Positions 30,187 through 39,549 of a stretch of DNA of 64,000 bases are shown here, piece by piece. This stretch comes from Spartobacteria bacterium (GTDB taxonomy: Bacteria; Verrucomicrobiota; Verrucomicrobiia; Chthoniobacterales; UBA6821): contig CANKJN010000003.1 in the NCBI GenBank assembly GCA_947482345.1, positions 1,922-65,921 on the forward strand, read 5' to 3'. A program made the position numbers and the translations under genes. The notes beneath the pieces were generated by a model. That model was not told where the DNA came from. It saw nothing but the letters and a program-made list of their open reading frames with translations, and did not search any database. How positions within the stretch are numbered: the stretch's first letter is position 1; every line of letters starts with the position of its first letter.

Positions 30187-30954
30187 ATGTCCGCCTCTTC
30201 ACTCTCCATCCGCGACCTGCATGCCTCGATCGGTGACAAGCCCATCCTGAAGGGGCTCACCCTCGACATTCCGAAGGGAGAGGTGCACGCCATCATGGGC
30301 AAGAACGGGGCCGGCAAGAGCACGCTTGCCAAGATCATGGCCGGTCATCCCGACTACACCGTCACCTCCGGCGATGTGCTTCTGGACGGCGAGAGCATCC
30401 TCGGTCTCGAGCCCGATGTCCGTGCACGACTCGGACTCTTCCTGGCCTTCCAGTACCCCATGGAGATCCCCGGCGTCACCATCGCCAACTTCATCCGCGC
30501 CGCACTGCAGGCCCGCCTTCCCGAGGGGGAGGAGCTCGAGGCGACCGAGTACTATGCCAAGCTCTACGCCAAGATGGATGCCCTCAGTGTGCCCCGCGGG
30601 TTCACCTCGCGCTCGGTGAACGAGGGGTTCTCCGGCGGCGAGAAGAAGCGCTGTGAGATCCTCCAGATGGCGATGCTCGAGCCCTCTTACGCGGTGCTTG
30701 ACGAGACCGACAGCGGTCTCGACATCGATGCGCTCAAGATCGTCTCCGCCGGCGTGAATGCGCTCCGCGGTCCGAATATCGGAATGCTCGTGATCACCCA
30801 CTACCAGCGCCTGCTCGACTACATCGTCCCCGACAAGGTTCATGTCATGTCCGAGGGCCGCATCATCCTGAGCGGCGACAAGGATCTCGCCCTCAAGCTC
30901 GAGGCCGAGGGCTACGACTGGGTCGAGAAGGAATACGGGACTAAGGCCGATTGA
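30187..30954 (+). CDS. sufC: Fe-S cluster assembly ATPase SufC
   Basis: [10 protein letters not shown] Walker A and the typical SufC N-terminus ([19 protein letters not shown]). The ORF-track start at 29899 is an upstream artefact. Confidence 0.95.
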   Translation: MSASSLSIRDLHASIGDKPILKGLTLDIPKGEVHAIMGKNGAGKSTLAKIMAGHPDYTVTSGDVLLDGESILGLEPDVRARLGLFLAFQYPMEIPGVTIANFIRAALQARLPEGEELEATEYYAKLYAKMDALSVPRGFTSRSVNEGFSGGEKKRCEILQMAMLEPSYAVLDETDSGLDIDALKIVSAGVNALRGPNIGMLVITHYQRLLDYIVPDKVHVMSEGRIILSGDKDLALKLEAEGYDWVEKEYGTKAD

Positions 30955-31022
30955 AGTCTCACCCCGCTTTTCAATCCATCACCTCTTTCCCTAGCTCCCA
31001 ACTTCCAGCTCCCAGCTACCAT

Positions 31023-32435
31023 ATGAGCACAGAGACCAAACCCGACATCGATATCGACCGTTCCGTGGGCGATTTCCGCTACGAGATGGACTACGCCTAC
31101 GATGCCGGCGTCGGCCTGACCGAGGCGACAATCGATTATATCAGCGACGTGAAGGGGGATCCCGATTGGGTCCGTGCCTTCCGCAAGGAGGGTTACCGCA
31201 AGTTTCTTGAGAAGCCGATGCCGACCAATTGGGCGACCAAGGATCTGGAGAATATCGTCTTCGAGAACATCCGCTACTACCTCGCGCAGGGACAGCAACC
31301 GAAGCGGAGCTGGGACGAGGTTCCCGAGGACATCAAGAAAACCTTCGAGCGCCTCGGAATCCCCGAGCAGGAGCGCAAGTTCCTCGCCGGAGTGGAGGCC
31401 CAGTTCGACAGCGAGGCGGCCTACTCCAACATCAAGGCGGCCGTCGGCGAGCAGGGCGTCATCTTCGTCGGCTCCACCGAGGGGCTCAAGGAGCACCCCG
31501 AGATCTTCAAGAAGTGGTTTGGCAAGGTCATCCCGAGCGGCGACAACAAGTTCTCCGCGCTGAACAGCGCCGTCTTCAGCGGCGGCAGTTTCATCTACGT
31601 CCCGCCCGGGGTGAAGGTGAAGCACCCGCTCCAGGCCTACTTCCGCATCAACGCGCAGAACTTCGGCCAGTTCGAGCGCACCCTGATCATCGCGGACGAG
31701 GGGGCCGAGGTCATGTACATGGAGGGTTGCACGGCGCCGAAGTTCGAGACATCTACCCTACACAGCGCGGTCGTGGAGTTGGTCGCCATGAAGGGGGCCA
31801 AGATCCAGTACGTCACCGTCCAGAATTGGAGCTCGAATGTCTTCAATCTGGTTACCAAGCGCGGCCTCGCCCACGAGGATGCCGAGATCAAGTGGATCGA
31901 TTGCAACATCGGCTCCCGCCTCACCATGAAGTATCCGGGTGTCGTCATGAAAGGGAAGGGTGCCCGCGGTGAAGTCGTCTCGATTGCACTCGCCGGTGAC
32001 GGCCAGCATCAGGACACCGGAGCCAAGATGATCCATGCTGCCGATAACACGACCAGCAACATCATTTCCAAGTCGATCAGCCTCGGCACCGGCCGCGCCA
32101 CCTACCGCGGCATGGTGCATGTCCCCAAGCATCTCAAGGGGTGCAAGAACAACACCGAGTGCGACGCCCTGCTCATTAACACCCACAGCCGCACCGACAC
32201 ATACCCCGCCATCAGCGTCCGCGGGCAGGGGAATGCCGTCCAGCACGAGGCGAGTGTGAGCCAGATCAGCTCCGAACAGATATTCTACATGCAGCAGCGC
32301 GGCCTGAGTGAGGCGGCGGCGATGAGTCTTGCCGTGAACGGATTTGTCAACGACCTCGTCCAGCAGTTCCCGATGGAATACTCCGTCGAATTGAAGCGCC
32401 TCATCGACCTCGAGATGGAGGGATCGGTCGGATGA
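31023..32435 (+). CDS. sufB: Fe-S cluster assembly scaffold SufB
   Basis: Full-length SufB similarity (...[10 protein letters not shown]...[20 protein letters not shown]). The ATG at 31023 sits just after a low-complexity leader. Confidence 0.95.
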   Translation: MSTETKPDIDIDRSVGDFRYEMDYAYDAGVGLTEATIDYISDVKGDPDWVRAFRKEGYRKFLEKPMPTNWATKDLENIVFENIRYYLAQGQQPKRSWDEVPEDIKKTFERLGIPEQERKFLAGVEAQFDSEAAYSNIKAAVGEQGVIFVGSTEGLKEHPEIFKKWFGKVIPSGDNKFSALNSAVFSGGSFIYVPPGVKVKHPLQAYFRINAQNFGQFERTLIIADEGAEVMYMEGCTAPKFETSTLHSAVVELVAMKGAKIQYVTVQNWSSNVFNLVTKRGLAHEDAEIKWIDCNIGSRLTMKYPGVVMKGKGARGEVVSIALAGDGQHQDTGAKMIHAADNTTSNIISKSISLGTGRATYRGMVHVPKHLKGCKNNTECDALLINTHSRTDTYPAISVRGQGNAVQHEASVSQISSEQIFYMQQRGLSEAAAMSLAVNGFVNDLVQQFPMEYSVELKRLIDLEMEGSVG

Positions 32436-33709
32436 GCTCCTCCAATTCCGTCACCTCCGTCGCCCCCGCCAACGGTCACTGGCCTGAGTGGTTTCACCAC
32501 GATCAGCAGGCGTCATGGGATCTCTTCCAGGCGCTCCCGCAACCGAAGCGCAATGAGGAACCATGGCGTTTTGCCAACCTCAAGGCGACCGATCTCTCCG
32601 GCTTCTCCACGGCCGCTCCCGTCAGGGATGCCGCGGATCTTGTTTCCCGTTCCTCGGGACTGACCGATCTCTCGGCCAAGCTGGTCTTCGGAAACGATGC
32701 GCTTCTCCACTCCGAGACAGCTGGACTCCCTGCCGGTGTGATTGTTCTGCCGCTGGAGAAAGCGGCGAAAGAGCATGAGGATCTTTTCAGGAAGAGCTTC
32801 ATGACCTCGGAGGTCCGCCTCGGATCGAAGAAATTCGCAGCCCTTCACAAGGCGCGCCTCCGCGCCGGAACCTTCGTTCATGTCCCCAAGGGAGTTGCCG
32901 TGCTGAAGCCGATCGAGATCTGGCACTGGGTCGAGGGTGAGTCGGCGGCCGTCTTTCCCCACACCCTGATCGTCCTCGAGGAGGGCGCCTCCGCGACCGT
33001 CATCGACCGCTTCGTCTCCGCTGGAAACGAGGTCTCCCTGGCCGTCGCGGTGAATGACCTTTCGCTCGGCGCGGGTTCCCGGCTCACCTATGTCGGTGTC
33101 CAGGACTGGAGCGACAAGACGACGGCCTTCCATCTCAACACCACCGGTGTGGAGAAAGCGGGCACCTCCACCGCCCTCCAGTTGAACCTCGGCGGCGCCT
33201 ACATCCGCGGTGAGAGCGACAGTCACCTGCGTGGCGAGGGATCGCGCAGCGTCATGCTCTCGATCAATCCCGCCTCCGGCGAGCGCGAGATCGACCAGAG
33301 GACCTTTCAGGATCACTTCGCCCCGCGTGCGACGAGCGACCTTCTCTACCACAATGCCCTGGCCGATTCCTCGAAGACGATCTTCGCCGGCCTGATCAAG
33401 GTCGAGGAGGCCGCCCACGAGACCGATGCCTACCAGAAGGTTCGCAATCTCATGCTCAGCGACGAGGCCGAGGCCAATTCCATGCCCGGACTCGAGATTC
33501 TCGCCGACAACGTCCGCTGCACCCACGGCGCCACGTCAGGCGAACTCAACGAGGATGAACTCTTCTACATGATGGCCCGAGGCATTCCACCCAAGCAGGC
33601 GGCGCAGCTCATTGTTCGCGGCTTCTTCGGAACCGTCCTCGAGCGTCTGGAGAATCCCATGCTTCAGGAGCATTTGGGAGAAATCCTCGACCGGAAGTTA
33701 AACTTGTAA
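32432..33709 (+). CDS. sufD: Fe-S cluster assembly protein SufD
   Basis: 4-nt overlap with sufB. The SufB/SufD beta-helix C-terminal region is present ([23 protein letters not shown]). Confidence 0.9.
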   Translation: MSSSNSVTSVAPANGHWPEWFHHDQQASWDLFQALPQPKRNEEPWRFANLKATDLSGFSTAAPVRDAADLVSRSSGLTDLSAKLVFGNDALLHSETAGLPAGVIVLPLEKAAKEHEDLFRKSFMTSEVRLGSKKFAALHKARLRAGTFVHVPKGVAVLKPIEIWHWVEGESAAVFPHTLIVLEEGASATVIDRFVSAGNEVSLAVAVNDLSLGAGSRLTYVGVQDWSDKTTAFHLNTTGVEKAGTSTALQLNLGGAYIRGESDSHLRGEGSRSVMLSINPASGEREIDQRTFQDHFAPRATSDLLYHNALADSSKTIFAGLIKVEEAAHETDAYQKVRNLMLSDEAEANSMPGLEILADNVRCTHGATSGELNEDELFYMMARGIPPKQAAQLIVRGFFGTVLERLENPMLQEHLGEILDRKLNL

Positions 33710-33910
33710 AATCAGCCGTAACAAATCAGCGACTGGCGAACACATAGCCGTGGGAACGGCTTGGGTAGACTGAACGAAAGTTCAGCCCGCAAGGGTGAGC
33801 CGAGCAGGAGCGAGCGAATCAAAGCTGATAGGACTGCAAAGCAGCCCCGATAGGGGCGAGTGGCTTGGGAAAGCCCGAGTTCAAATGCGTAGCAACGGCC
33901 GGGTCAGTCA

Positions 33911-34235
33911 AATCAGGAAAGGAGAAAGAAATCCCTGAGGGCCGGCTGATTTCTAGCGCAGAAGTAGGGGAAAACTCACAGGGATGAAGGGGATAAAGGG
34001 GATGGGAGAAATCCCCTGTCCCCGATCGTATCCAGCATATTACAGTGACACTGGGGGCACGGATCAGCCCAACTGTTCCAAAATCCTTTTCATCCCCTTC
34101 ATCCCTGTGAAATGTCAGGGATTCTCTGACTCCTTTTTTCCGGATCAAACCTGCAGCGTCGCTGGTACTTGAAGCATCCAAACGGAGGTTTGGCAGGGAA
34201 GTCCTTTCCTAAGCCGATCGCCTTGAACTGTTGCC
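33911..34235. repeat. Direct repeat copy 1 (decayed MidA-like gene 3' end plus its downstream region)
   Basis: Aligns with 35800-36168. The 34150-34235 part is a frameshifted copy of the methyltransferase C-terminus, with a 14-nt deletion. Confidence 0.8.
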
Positions 34236-34291
34236 TTACGCCGCGACGTCCCGGCACTCAGCCACTCTTTAAGAACCCATCCGCAGAAAGA

Positions 34292-34441
34292 CTACTCTGC
34301 GGCGGAAGCCTCTTCCTGCGGTTCGGATGAGGAAGATCCGGCAGCTTTGCTTGCGGCCTTGGCTTTTGCTTTTTCTTCCTTCTTGCGCTTCTTCTCCATT
34401 TCTTTCCTGCGCTTCTCGAACCCGTAATTGATTTTGACCAT
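34292..34441 (-). CDS. Small lysine-rich protein (49 aa), below the ORF-track cutoff
   Basis: Manual translation gives MVKINYGFEKRRKEMEKKRKKEEKAKAKAASKAAGSSSSEPQEEASAAE*. A hairpin CCGCAGA...TCTGCGG overlaps the stop. It replaces the overlapping spurious 76-aa ORF. Confidence 0.5.
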   Translation of the reverse strand: MVKINYGFEKRRKEMEKKRKKEEKAKAKAASKAAGSSSSEPQEEASAAE

Positions 34442-34477
34442 GGTCTTCGGTGGTTGGTGGTTGTGGCTGGTTGGTGG

Positions 34478-34813
34478 TCAAACGTCGCCGTTCAACCATT
34501 TTGTAAATTGCTCATCAAGGCGCTCCTTCATGGCCCCGATGTCGTGGGACATGTCGGTAAACTGACCCCACTTCAAGATGTCCTTGGCCTTTCCGGAACC
34601 CTCGATTTCGAGGATAAAATCCTCCACGAGGATACCCTGCGAGACGTGGGTGGAGCGGAGGTGTTCCTTGCAGAGATCAGCGGTCTGATTCTGGCGATTT
34701 TTCGTGCCGAGTCCCATGTCAGAGAGGGAAAAGCGCTCCGCAGGAGTCGCTGGAGTGACGGCAGGATGAGTGAAAGGACTGATGCAATGTCCTGTGAATC
34801 TACCCCCCTGCAT
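34478..34813 (-). CDS. Hypothetical protein (start uncertain: 34813 or 34717)
   Basis: 111-aa ORF with plausible codon usage, upstream of the 49-aa ORF and co-directional with it. No recognisable motif. Confidence 0.45.
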   Translation of the reverse strand: MQGGRFTGHCISPFTHPAVTPATPAERFSLSDMGLGTKNRQNQTADLCKEHLRSTHVSQGILVEDFILEIEGSGKAKDILKWGQFTDMSHDIGAMKERLDEQFTKWLNGDV

Positions 34814-35049
34814 TCGGTTGAGCGAATGAATTCCGCTGGAAAGCCAAGGATCCGTTGGAGTCCCCTCATTACGCCGGGGTCCAAAGGTTTACCTTGCTAA
34901 TGTTTGGAAATGCCCCACATTCAAACTGTTCGATTTTTAATGATTTGTTGCGTGGTGAATTGCCAATTGAGTTTTTCAATGGTGGTTTGAAACCCGGTTC
35001 TCGGGAACGGCTCTGATTAGCGGATTTCGTATCAACCACACACACCAAC

Positions 35050-35367
35050 ATGAAACTCTACGTAGGCAATCTGACCTTTGACACCACCGACCAGGATCTC
35101 CGTGATCTCTTCACCCAGTACGGCAAGCCGACCGAGGTCGCCCTGGTCACCGACCATGAAACCGGCCGTTCCCGCGGATTCGGCTTTGTCACCATGGGCA
35201 ACGCTGAGGAAGGCAACGCAGCCATCGCGGCACTTGAGGGCAAGGACTTCCAGGGTCGCAACCTGACCGTCAACGAGGCCCGTCCCCGAGAGGATCGTCC
35301 TCCAGGAAACAGGGGCGGAGGCCGCTCCTTCGGTGGCGACCGCGATCGCGGTCCTCGCCGTTATTAG
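35050..35367 (+). CDS. RRM-type RNA-binding protein with a Gly/Arg-rich tail
   Basis: RNP2 LYVGNL, RNP1 RGFGFVTM and a C-terminal RGG-like tail. The stop TAG (35365-35367) lies in the MITE terminus. Confidence 0.9.
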   Translation: MKLYVGNLTFDTTDQDLRDLFTQYGKPTEVALVTDHETGRSRGFGFVTMGNAEEGNAAIAALEGKDFQGRNLTVNEARPREDRPPGNRGGGRSFGGDRDRGPRRY

Positions 35368-35645
35368 GGAAGGGCTGATTAAATCGCATAGAGGCCGTTG
35401 CGGGAAGAACTGGCCGCGGGCAAGGCGGCTTGGCGCGAGCATCCCCGCAGCGGGCTGTAAGTGCCAAGCCAACACAGCCCCCGGCCTGTTATCTCCGCAA
35501 CCCGCAGGGCTGAATCCATTTGTCGATTTTTGTGGCGTTGCTCGCTCGGGCGAGACCGCTGCGGGTATCGCCCAGCACTCGCGCCTTCAAAAATCAGCAA
35601 ATGCTCTTCAGCGGCCTTCATGGGATTAAATCAGCACTTCCCTAG
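35364..35645 (-). mobile_element. MITE-like element, copy M2 (inverted relative to M1)
   Basis: Reverse complement of 7966-8288, except for a ~45-bp internal indel. Termini are TTAGGGAAGGGCTGATTAAATC and GATTAAATCAGCACTTCCCTAG. Confidence 0.8.
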
Positions 35646-35662
35646 TCATCTCTCCACAAAAA

Positions 35663-35697
35663 AGCGGGACCTCATTACAGGGGTCCCGCTTTTTTTG
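35663..35697. terminator. Bidirectional Rho-independent terminator
   Basis: An A-run, stem AGCGGGACC, loop, stem GGTCCCGCT, then a T-run (TTTTTTT). Confidence 0.75.
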
Positions 35698-35799
35698 TGC
35701 CTTGAAAGGATTGGCCTTTTGGCCCCACTAGCAACGGCCTTTATGCGATTACCCCAAAAATTGCATTAGAGGCGGGAAGTACAAAGAATTTTATCAGGA

Positions 35800-36168
35800 A
35801 ATCAGGAAAGGATAAAAGAACCCCTGAGGGCCGGCTGTTTTCTAACGCAGAAGTAGCGAAAAACTCACAGGGATCCGTAATGGATGCGAAGCAACGGCCG
35901 GGCCAGCCAAGGGGATAAAGGGGATGGGAGAAATCCCCTGTCCCCGATCGTATCCAGCATATTGCAGTGCCACTGGGGGCACGGATCAGCTCAGCTGTTC
36001 CAAAATCCTTTTCATCCCCTTCATCCCTGTGAAATTGCAGGGATTCTCTGACTTCTTTTTCCGAATCAAACCTGCAGCGCCTCGACTCCCGGGCGCTGGT
36101 ACTTGAAGCATCCCAGCGGAGGCTCGGCGGCGAAGTCCTTTCCGAAGGCGATCGCCTTGAACTGTCGC
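35800..36168. repeat. Direct repeat copy 2 (intact MidA-like 3' end plus downstream region)
   Basis: Aligns with 33911-34235. It is continuous with the intact gene at 36066-37253. Confidence 0.8.
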
Positions 36169-37253
36169 CCCATGGTGCCGGGGTTCAGAAGTGTCTGCAG
36201 GGAGCGCAGGTCGCCGCGCGCCGCATCGCTCGCGGCGGTGAGATCACCGAGTGAGCGGAGCCACGGTTCGGCGGTTCCGACGAGGAAGTGATGCTGGTCG
36301 CTGTAACCGAGGAGCCCGAAGCCGATGGAGCGGGCTTCCGCCGCCAGAGTCGTGAAATCGATCTGAGCGGTGATATCGCGCAGGCCGGGTTCGGGGAGGG
36401 GATCGTTGTAACGTTGATGATCCTGGTAGGCCATCACGGTGCCATCGGCCCGATGCGGGGCGTAGCGATCCTCTCCCACCTGGCCGTAATCGATAGTCAG
36501 GACGATGCCGCGTTGCAGCTTCGCATGCAGTGTCGCGAGCCATGGGGAAAGTCCCGGATTCCATTCGACCCGGAAACCGGGAGCGAGGTTGGTCGGCAGT
36601 TTCGCGGCGACAGCCCTCAGGGCGGGATCTGGAATAGGACGGGTGACTAGCCGGAGACCCTGTTCTTGTAGAACCACGCATTCCTCCTCCCAGACGCTGC
36701 CGCTCCACCGGAGCGAGTCGACGGGGAAGGCGTCCAAGAGCTCGTTGGAGAGATGGATGCCGGTGAATTCGGGCACCTCCTCGAGGGTAGTCACCCAGCT
36801 GACGTCGGGGAACGATTGCAGCCGTTCCCGTTGCTTTCGCTGATTCACGGCAAAGGGTTCCACTATGAGGAAATGCGCGGAACGGCTGAAATCATCGGAG
36901 CTCTTGGCAATCTCCCCGAGAATATCGGAAGCCATGCTTCCGTCGTTGGCCCCCTGCTCCACGATCGTGAATGGGGAGGGGCGGCCAAGTCGCTCCCAGA
37001 CTTCCCTGCAGACAGAGGCAAGGAGTCGTCCGTAGATCCCTCCGACGCTGACGCTGGTGAAGAAATCCCCCTCCTTCCCCACCCGCGCGCGGCCCGAGGC
37101 GTAGTAACCGTGCTCCGGGTGATAGAGGGCCGTCTCCATGAAGCGGCGGAAGGGGATGGCGCCGCTCTGCTGAATCTCCTTTATGATGATGGAAATCAGA
37201 GGCGGTGCTGAAACCTGTGATGTGAAACCTGAAACTTGAAATTCCGGGTTCAT
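36066..37253 (-). CDS. MidA/NDUFAF7-family SAM-dependent methyltransferase (DUF185)
   Basis: The FRRFMETALYHPEHGYY N-terminal motif and overall family layout. The start is uncertain because the first ~15 codons are low-complexity word sequence. Confidence 0.75.
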   Translation of the reverse strand: MNPEFQVSGFTSQVSAPPLISIIIKEIQQSGAIPFRRFMETALYHPEHGYYASGRARVGKEGDFFTSVSVGGIYGRLLASVCREVWERLGRPSPFTIVEQGANDGSMASDILGEIAKSSDDFSRSAHFLIVEPFAVNQRKQRERLQSFPDVSWVTTLEEVPEFTGIHLSNELLDAFPVDSLRWSGSVWEEECVVLQEQGLRLVTRPIPDPALRAVAAKLPTNLAPGFRVEWNPGLSPWLATLHAKLQRGIVLTIDYGQVGEDRYAPHRADGTVMAYQDHQRYNDPLPEPGLRDITAQIDFTTLAAEARSIGFGLLGYSDQHHFLVGTAEPWLRSLGDLTAASDAARGDLRSLQTLLNPGTMGRQFKAIAFGKDFAAEPPLGCFKYQRPGVEALQV

Positions 37254-37384
37254 TTGGAGGAGTCGGCTGATGAGTTGTTTCTCGGATCTGGGAAGGGGGG
37301 AGAAGCGAAAGAAGTCAGATGGATCCGCTGTATTCAGGTCTCAGCTTACAGATTTCATCCTTAGCGGTATTCTGACCGCGTCGC

Positions 37385-38965
37385 TCACTGGCCGCGGGTC
37401 ACTTCGCGCGCGTAGATGTTGATCTGGCCGTCATCCCCGCGCTTCACGGAGGTGATCTCGAAAGGACGGAGCGTGTCGCGCGAGAGCATGCTCCCTTCGG
37501 TCGGGGGCGTTACGCCCGCGGGAAACTCCACGATCACACGCACCTTCGAACTTGGGCCGACGGGTACTCCCGCCACCGCGCCCTGGGGTCGAAGCACGGC
37601 GCGTCCGTTGCCGGAGGCGGTGACCGAGAAACGGCCCTTGAGATAGTTGCGCTCACCGCCGATGCCGCGCTTGGCGAGTTCCTGGCTTTCGGAGGGTTCC
37701 ACGAGCCGACCTCTAGGCATCTGCCCCGGCGCATAGACAGGCCAGACCTGGGAGGGGGAGGCCGCGGCCGGCTGCATGATGGCGGTGACGGCGTTCGAGG
37801 GGGTCAGCGCGGAGGGTGGCTGCGTCAGAGCCGGGGGGGCGGCGGCAACCGGTTTGGTCGCTGGTGTGGCGACGGGAATTGCCGAGGGTGCGGGGGTTGC
37901 CACTGGCTGGGCAGGGAGTGTCGCCGGAAAAGTGTTCACGGGGGTTGCCACGGGAATGGCCACGGAAACAGGGGTCGCCACCGGGATCGCCGGCAGGACG
38001 GGTTGTGCATTCACCGGGATGGCGCGCGCCACGGTCGGTTCCGCGGCGGGCAGCGCCCCCTTCGCGGGAGTGGATGGAGTGGAGACAGCGATGGCTTTGG
38101 CCACCTTGGGTTCCGGAGTCGGTGTGGCCATTTCCTCGGCAATCCTGCTGATCCTCAGGCCCAGTCCAGGTTTGTCGGTCCCCTTGCCTAGTTTTCCGCC
38201 CGAGAGTGCCCCGATCTCATCGCGTGAGAGGACGGGAAGTCCTGACTCGAGGTTGAGTTCCAGCGGTGGCTCCAAGGAGAAGCTGGTGCCTCCCTTTGCC
38301 GATCCGTAGCTTCCATAGAGGAGCGGCATCGTGGTGAGCAGGATGCGGCTTTCGCCGATCCGGTCGATGTGAACGACCGCCGAGAGGTCGAGCGGTTTCT
38401 CCAACTTGATCTCCTGAGCGGGGGTGAGGGATCGCTTCAAGGCCGGGAGATTAGACTCCTCGCAGGTGAAGGGTTGCTCCACGAGGATCTCGGGCTGTTC
38501 CACCGCCTGAAGCAGGGCGATCAGTCCGGGATTGCAGAACGATTTCTTCGTCAGGGGAAGAGTGCCGATGACCCGGTAGGTCCCCACGGCATAGGGGACC
38601 AATTCGCGGTTCTGATGGTAGTTGCGGATAAAGTTGCGGAGCAGTTTCTCATTGGTGCGGCTGATCTCGGAACCCGTCATCGATCCGAAACGCTCAAGAA
38701 GCTGGCCCGGTTTGAGGAACTCCCCGCGGGGGGCCGCCGTGACATCGAAGCGCTGGGGAGGCTCCACCTTATGGAGTCGGAGGAGCAGCCTGTAGTTCGC
38801 TGCCTTCTCAGGATGGGCGAAGATGTAGTAACTCCCCATCCAGCAGAGGAAGACGAAGCCGATCAGGAGGAAAATGAAGACCGTCCAACCGAAGAGGCTG
38901 TCCGAGTTGCCGCCGCTCCGGTGCCCGGAGTGCGCCTGATAGCTGTAGTAGCGTTTGCCTGCCAT
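37385..38965 (-). CDS. Hypothetical membrane-anchored protein with a Pro/Ala/Val/Thr-rich repeat region
   Basis: One N-terminal TM (WTVFIFLLIGFVFLCWMGSYYIF). The central region has degenerate repeats (IPVATPV...). The ATG at 38965 avoids overlap with the HesB gene. Confidence 0.6.
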   Translation of the reverse strand: MAGKRYYSYQAHSGHRSGGNSDSLFGWTVFIFLLIGFVFLCWMGSYYIFAHPEKAANYRLLLRLHKVEPPQRFDVTAAPRGEFLKPGQLLERFGSMTGSEISRTNEKLLRNFIRNYHQNRELVPYAVGTYRVIGTLPLTKKSFCNPGLIALLQAVEQPEILVEQPFTCEESNLPALKRSLTPAQEIKLEKPLDLSAVVHIDRIGESRILLTTMPLLYGSYGSAKGGTSFSLEPPLELNLESGLPVLSRDEIGALSGGKLGKGTDKPGLGLRISRIAEEMATPTPEPKVAKAIAVSTPSTPAKGALPAAEPTVARAIPVNAQPVLPAIPVATPVSVAIPVATPVNTFPATLPAQPVATPAPSAIPVATPATKPVAAAPPALTQPPSALTPSNAVTAIMQPAAASPSQVWPVYAPGQMPRGRLVEPSESQELAKRGIGGERNYLKGRFSVTASGNGRAVLRPQGAVAGVPVGPSSKVRVIVEFPAGVTPPTEGSMLSRDTLRPFEITSVKRGDDGQINIYAREVTRGQ

Positions 38966-39030
38966 GTGATCAGGAAAGAAGAACCGCAGGGGAAATCGCT
39001 GGCAAACGAAAACGGAAGGACATGAAGGAA

Positions 39031-39360
39031 TTAGGCGCTCTTTTCCCCGGGCTCGAACGACGTGCCGCATCCGCAGCTTCGGGCCGCCTTCGGATTGATG
39101 ATCCGGAATCCGGCCCCCGTCAGGTCATCGCTGTAGTCGAGGGTGCACCCGGTGAGATGGGGGAGACTTTCCGGATCCACGGCAACAACGGCGCCATCCC
39201 GCATCGCCACGGTATCCCCATCCTGCGGAGCTCCGAGGTTCATCGCGTATTGGAGGCCGGCGCATCCGCCCTTCTCCACGGCAAGGCGCAGGCCGGGGGT
39301 TCCTTTTTCAAGGGCCAGTTCCCTCAGGTGCTTCGCCGCCGCCTCGGTAATCTCGATCAT
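39031..39360 (-). CDS. HesB/IscA/ErpA-family iron-sulfur cluster insertion protein
   Basis: 109 aa with GGCAGLQY and a C-terminal CGCGTSF motif. Confidence 0.9.
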   Translation of the reverse strand: MIEITEAAAKHLRELALEKGTPGLRLAVEKGGCAGLQYAMNLGAPQDGDTVAMRDGAVVAVDPESLPHLTGCTLDYSDDLTGAGFRIINPKAARSCGCGTSFEPGEKSA

Positions 39361-39440
39361 GATGATGTCATTTTATTGGAGTCGCTCCTTAAGTCAACGG
39401 GAGGCGGTGCCCGTGCCGTTTACTTCTTCATAATTCATAA

Positions 39441-39530
39441 TTGATGGCATCCGCCTCCCGGCGGACGGTGCCACCCTTCGGGCAACGACATCGTCGTTGT
39501 CTTCCGCGCGCCTTGCCAGGGACTTGGTTC
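39441..39530 (+). repeat. Structured repeat family, copy C (short)
   Basis: Shares ...GCCGCCTCCC..GGTGCCACCCTTCGGGCAACGAC-ATC-GTCGTTG..CTTCCGC...TTGGTTC with copies A and B. It lies directly upstream of mutL. Confidence 0.65.
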
Positions 39531-39549
39531 ATCATTCATCCTTTCCCCC

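Noticed and set aside
33819-34181. 120-aa minus-strand ORF, and the 62-aa and 60-aa plus-strand ORFs (33984-34172, 35924-36106).
   Set aside because: They lie entirely within the duplicated non-coding repeat and the decayed MidA 3' copy. The frames are not preserved between the two repeat copies.
34269-34499. 76-aa minus-strand ORF.
   Set aside because: The composition is implausible (Arg/Gln-rich). It overlaps a different-frame 49-aa lysine-rich ORF (34292-34441) that has a clean ATG and a stop-overlapping hairpin.
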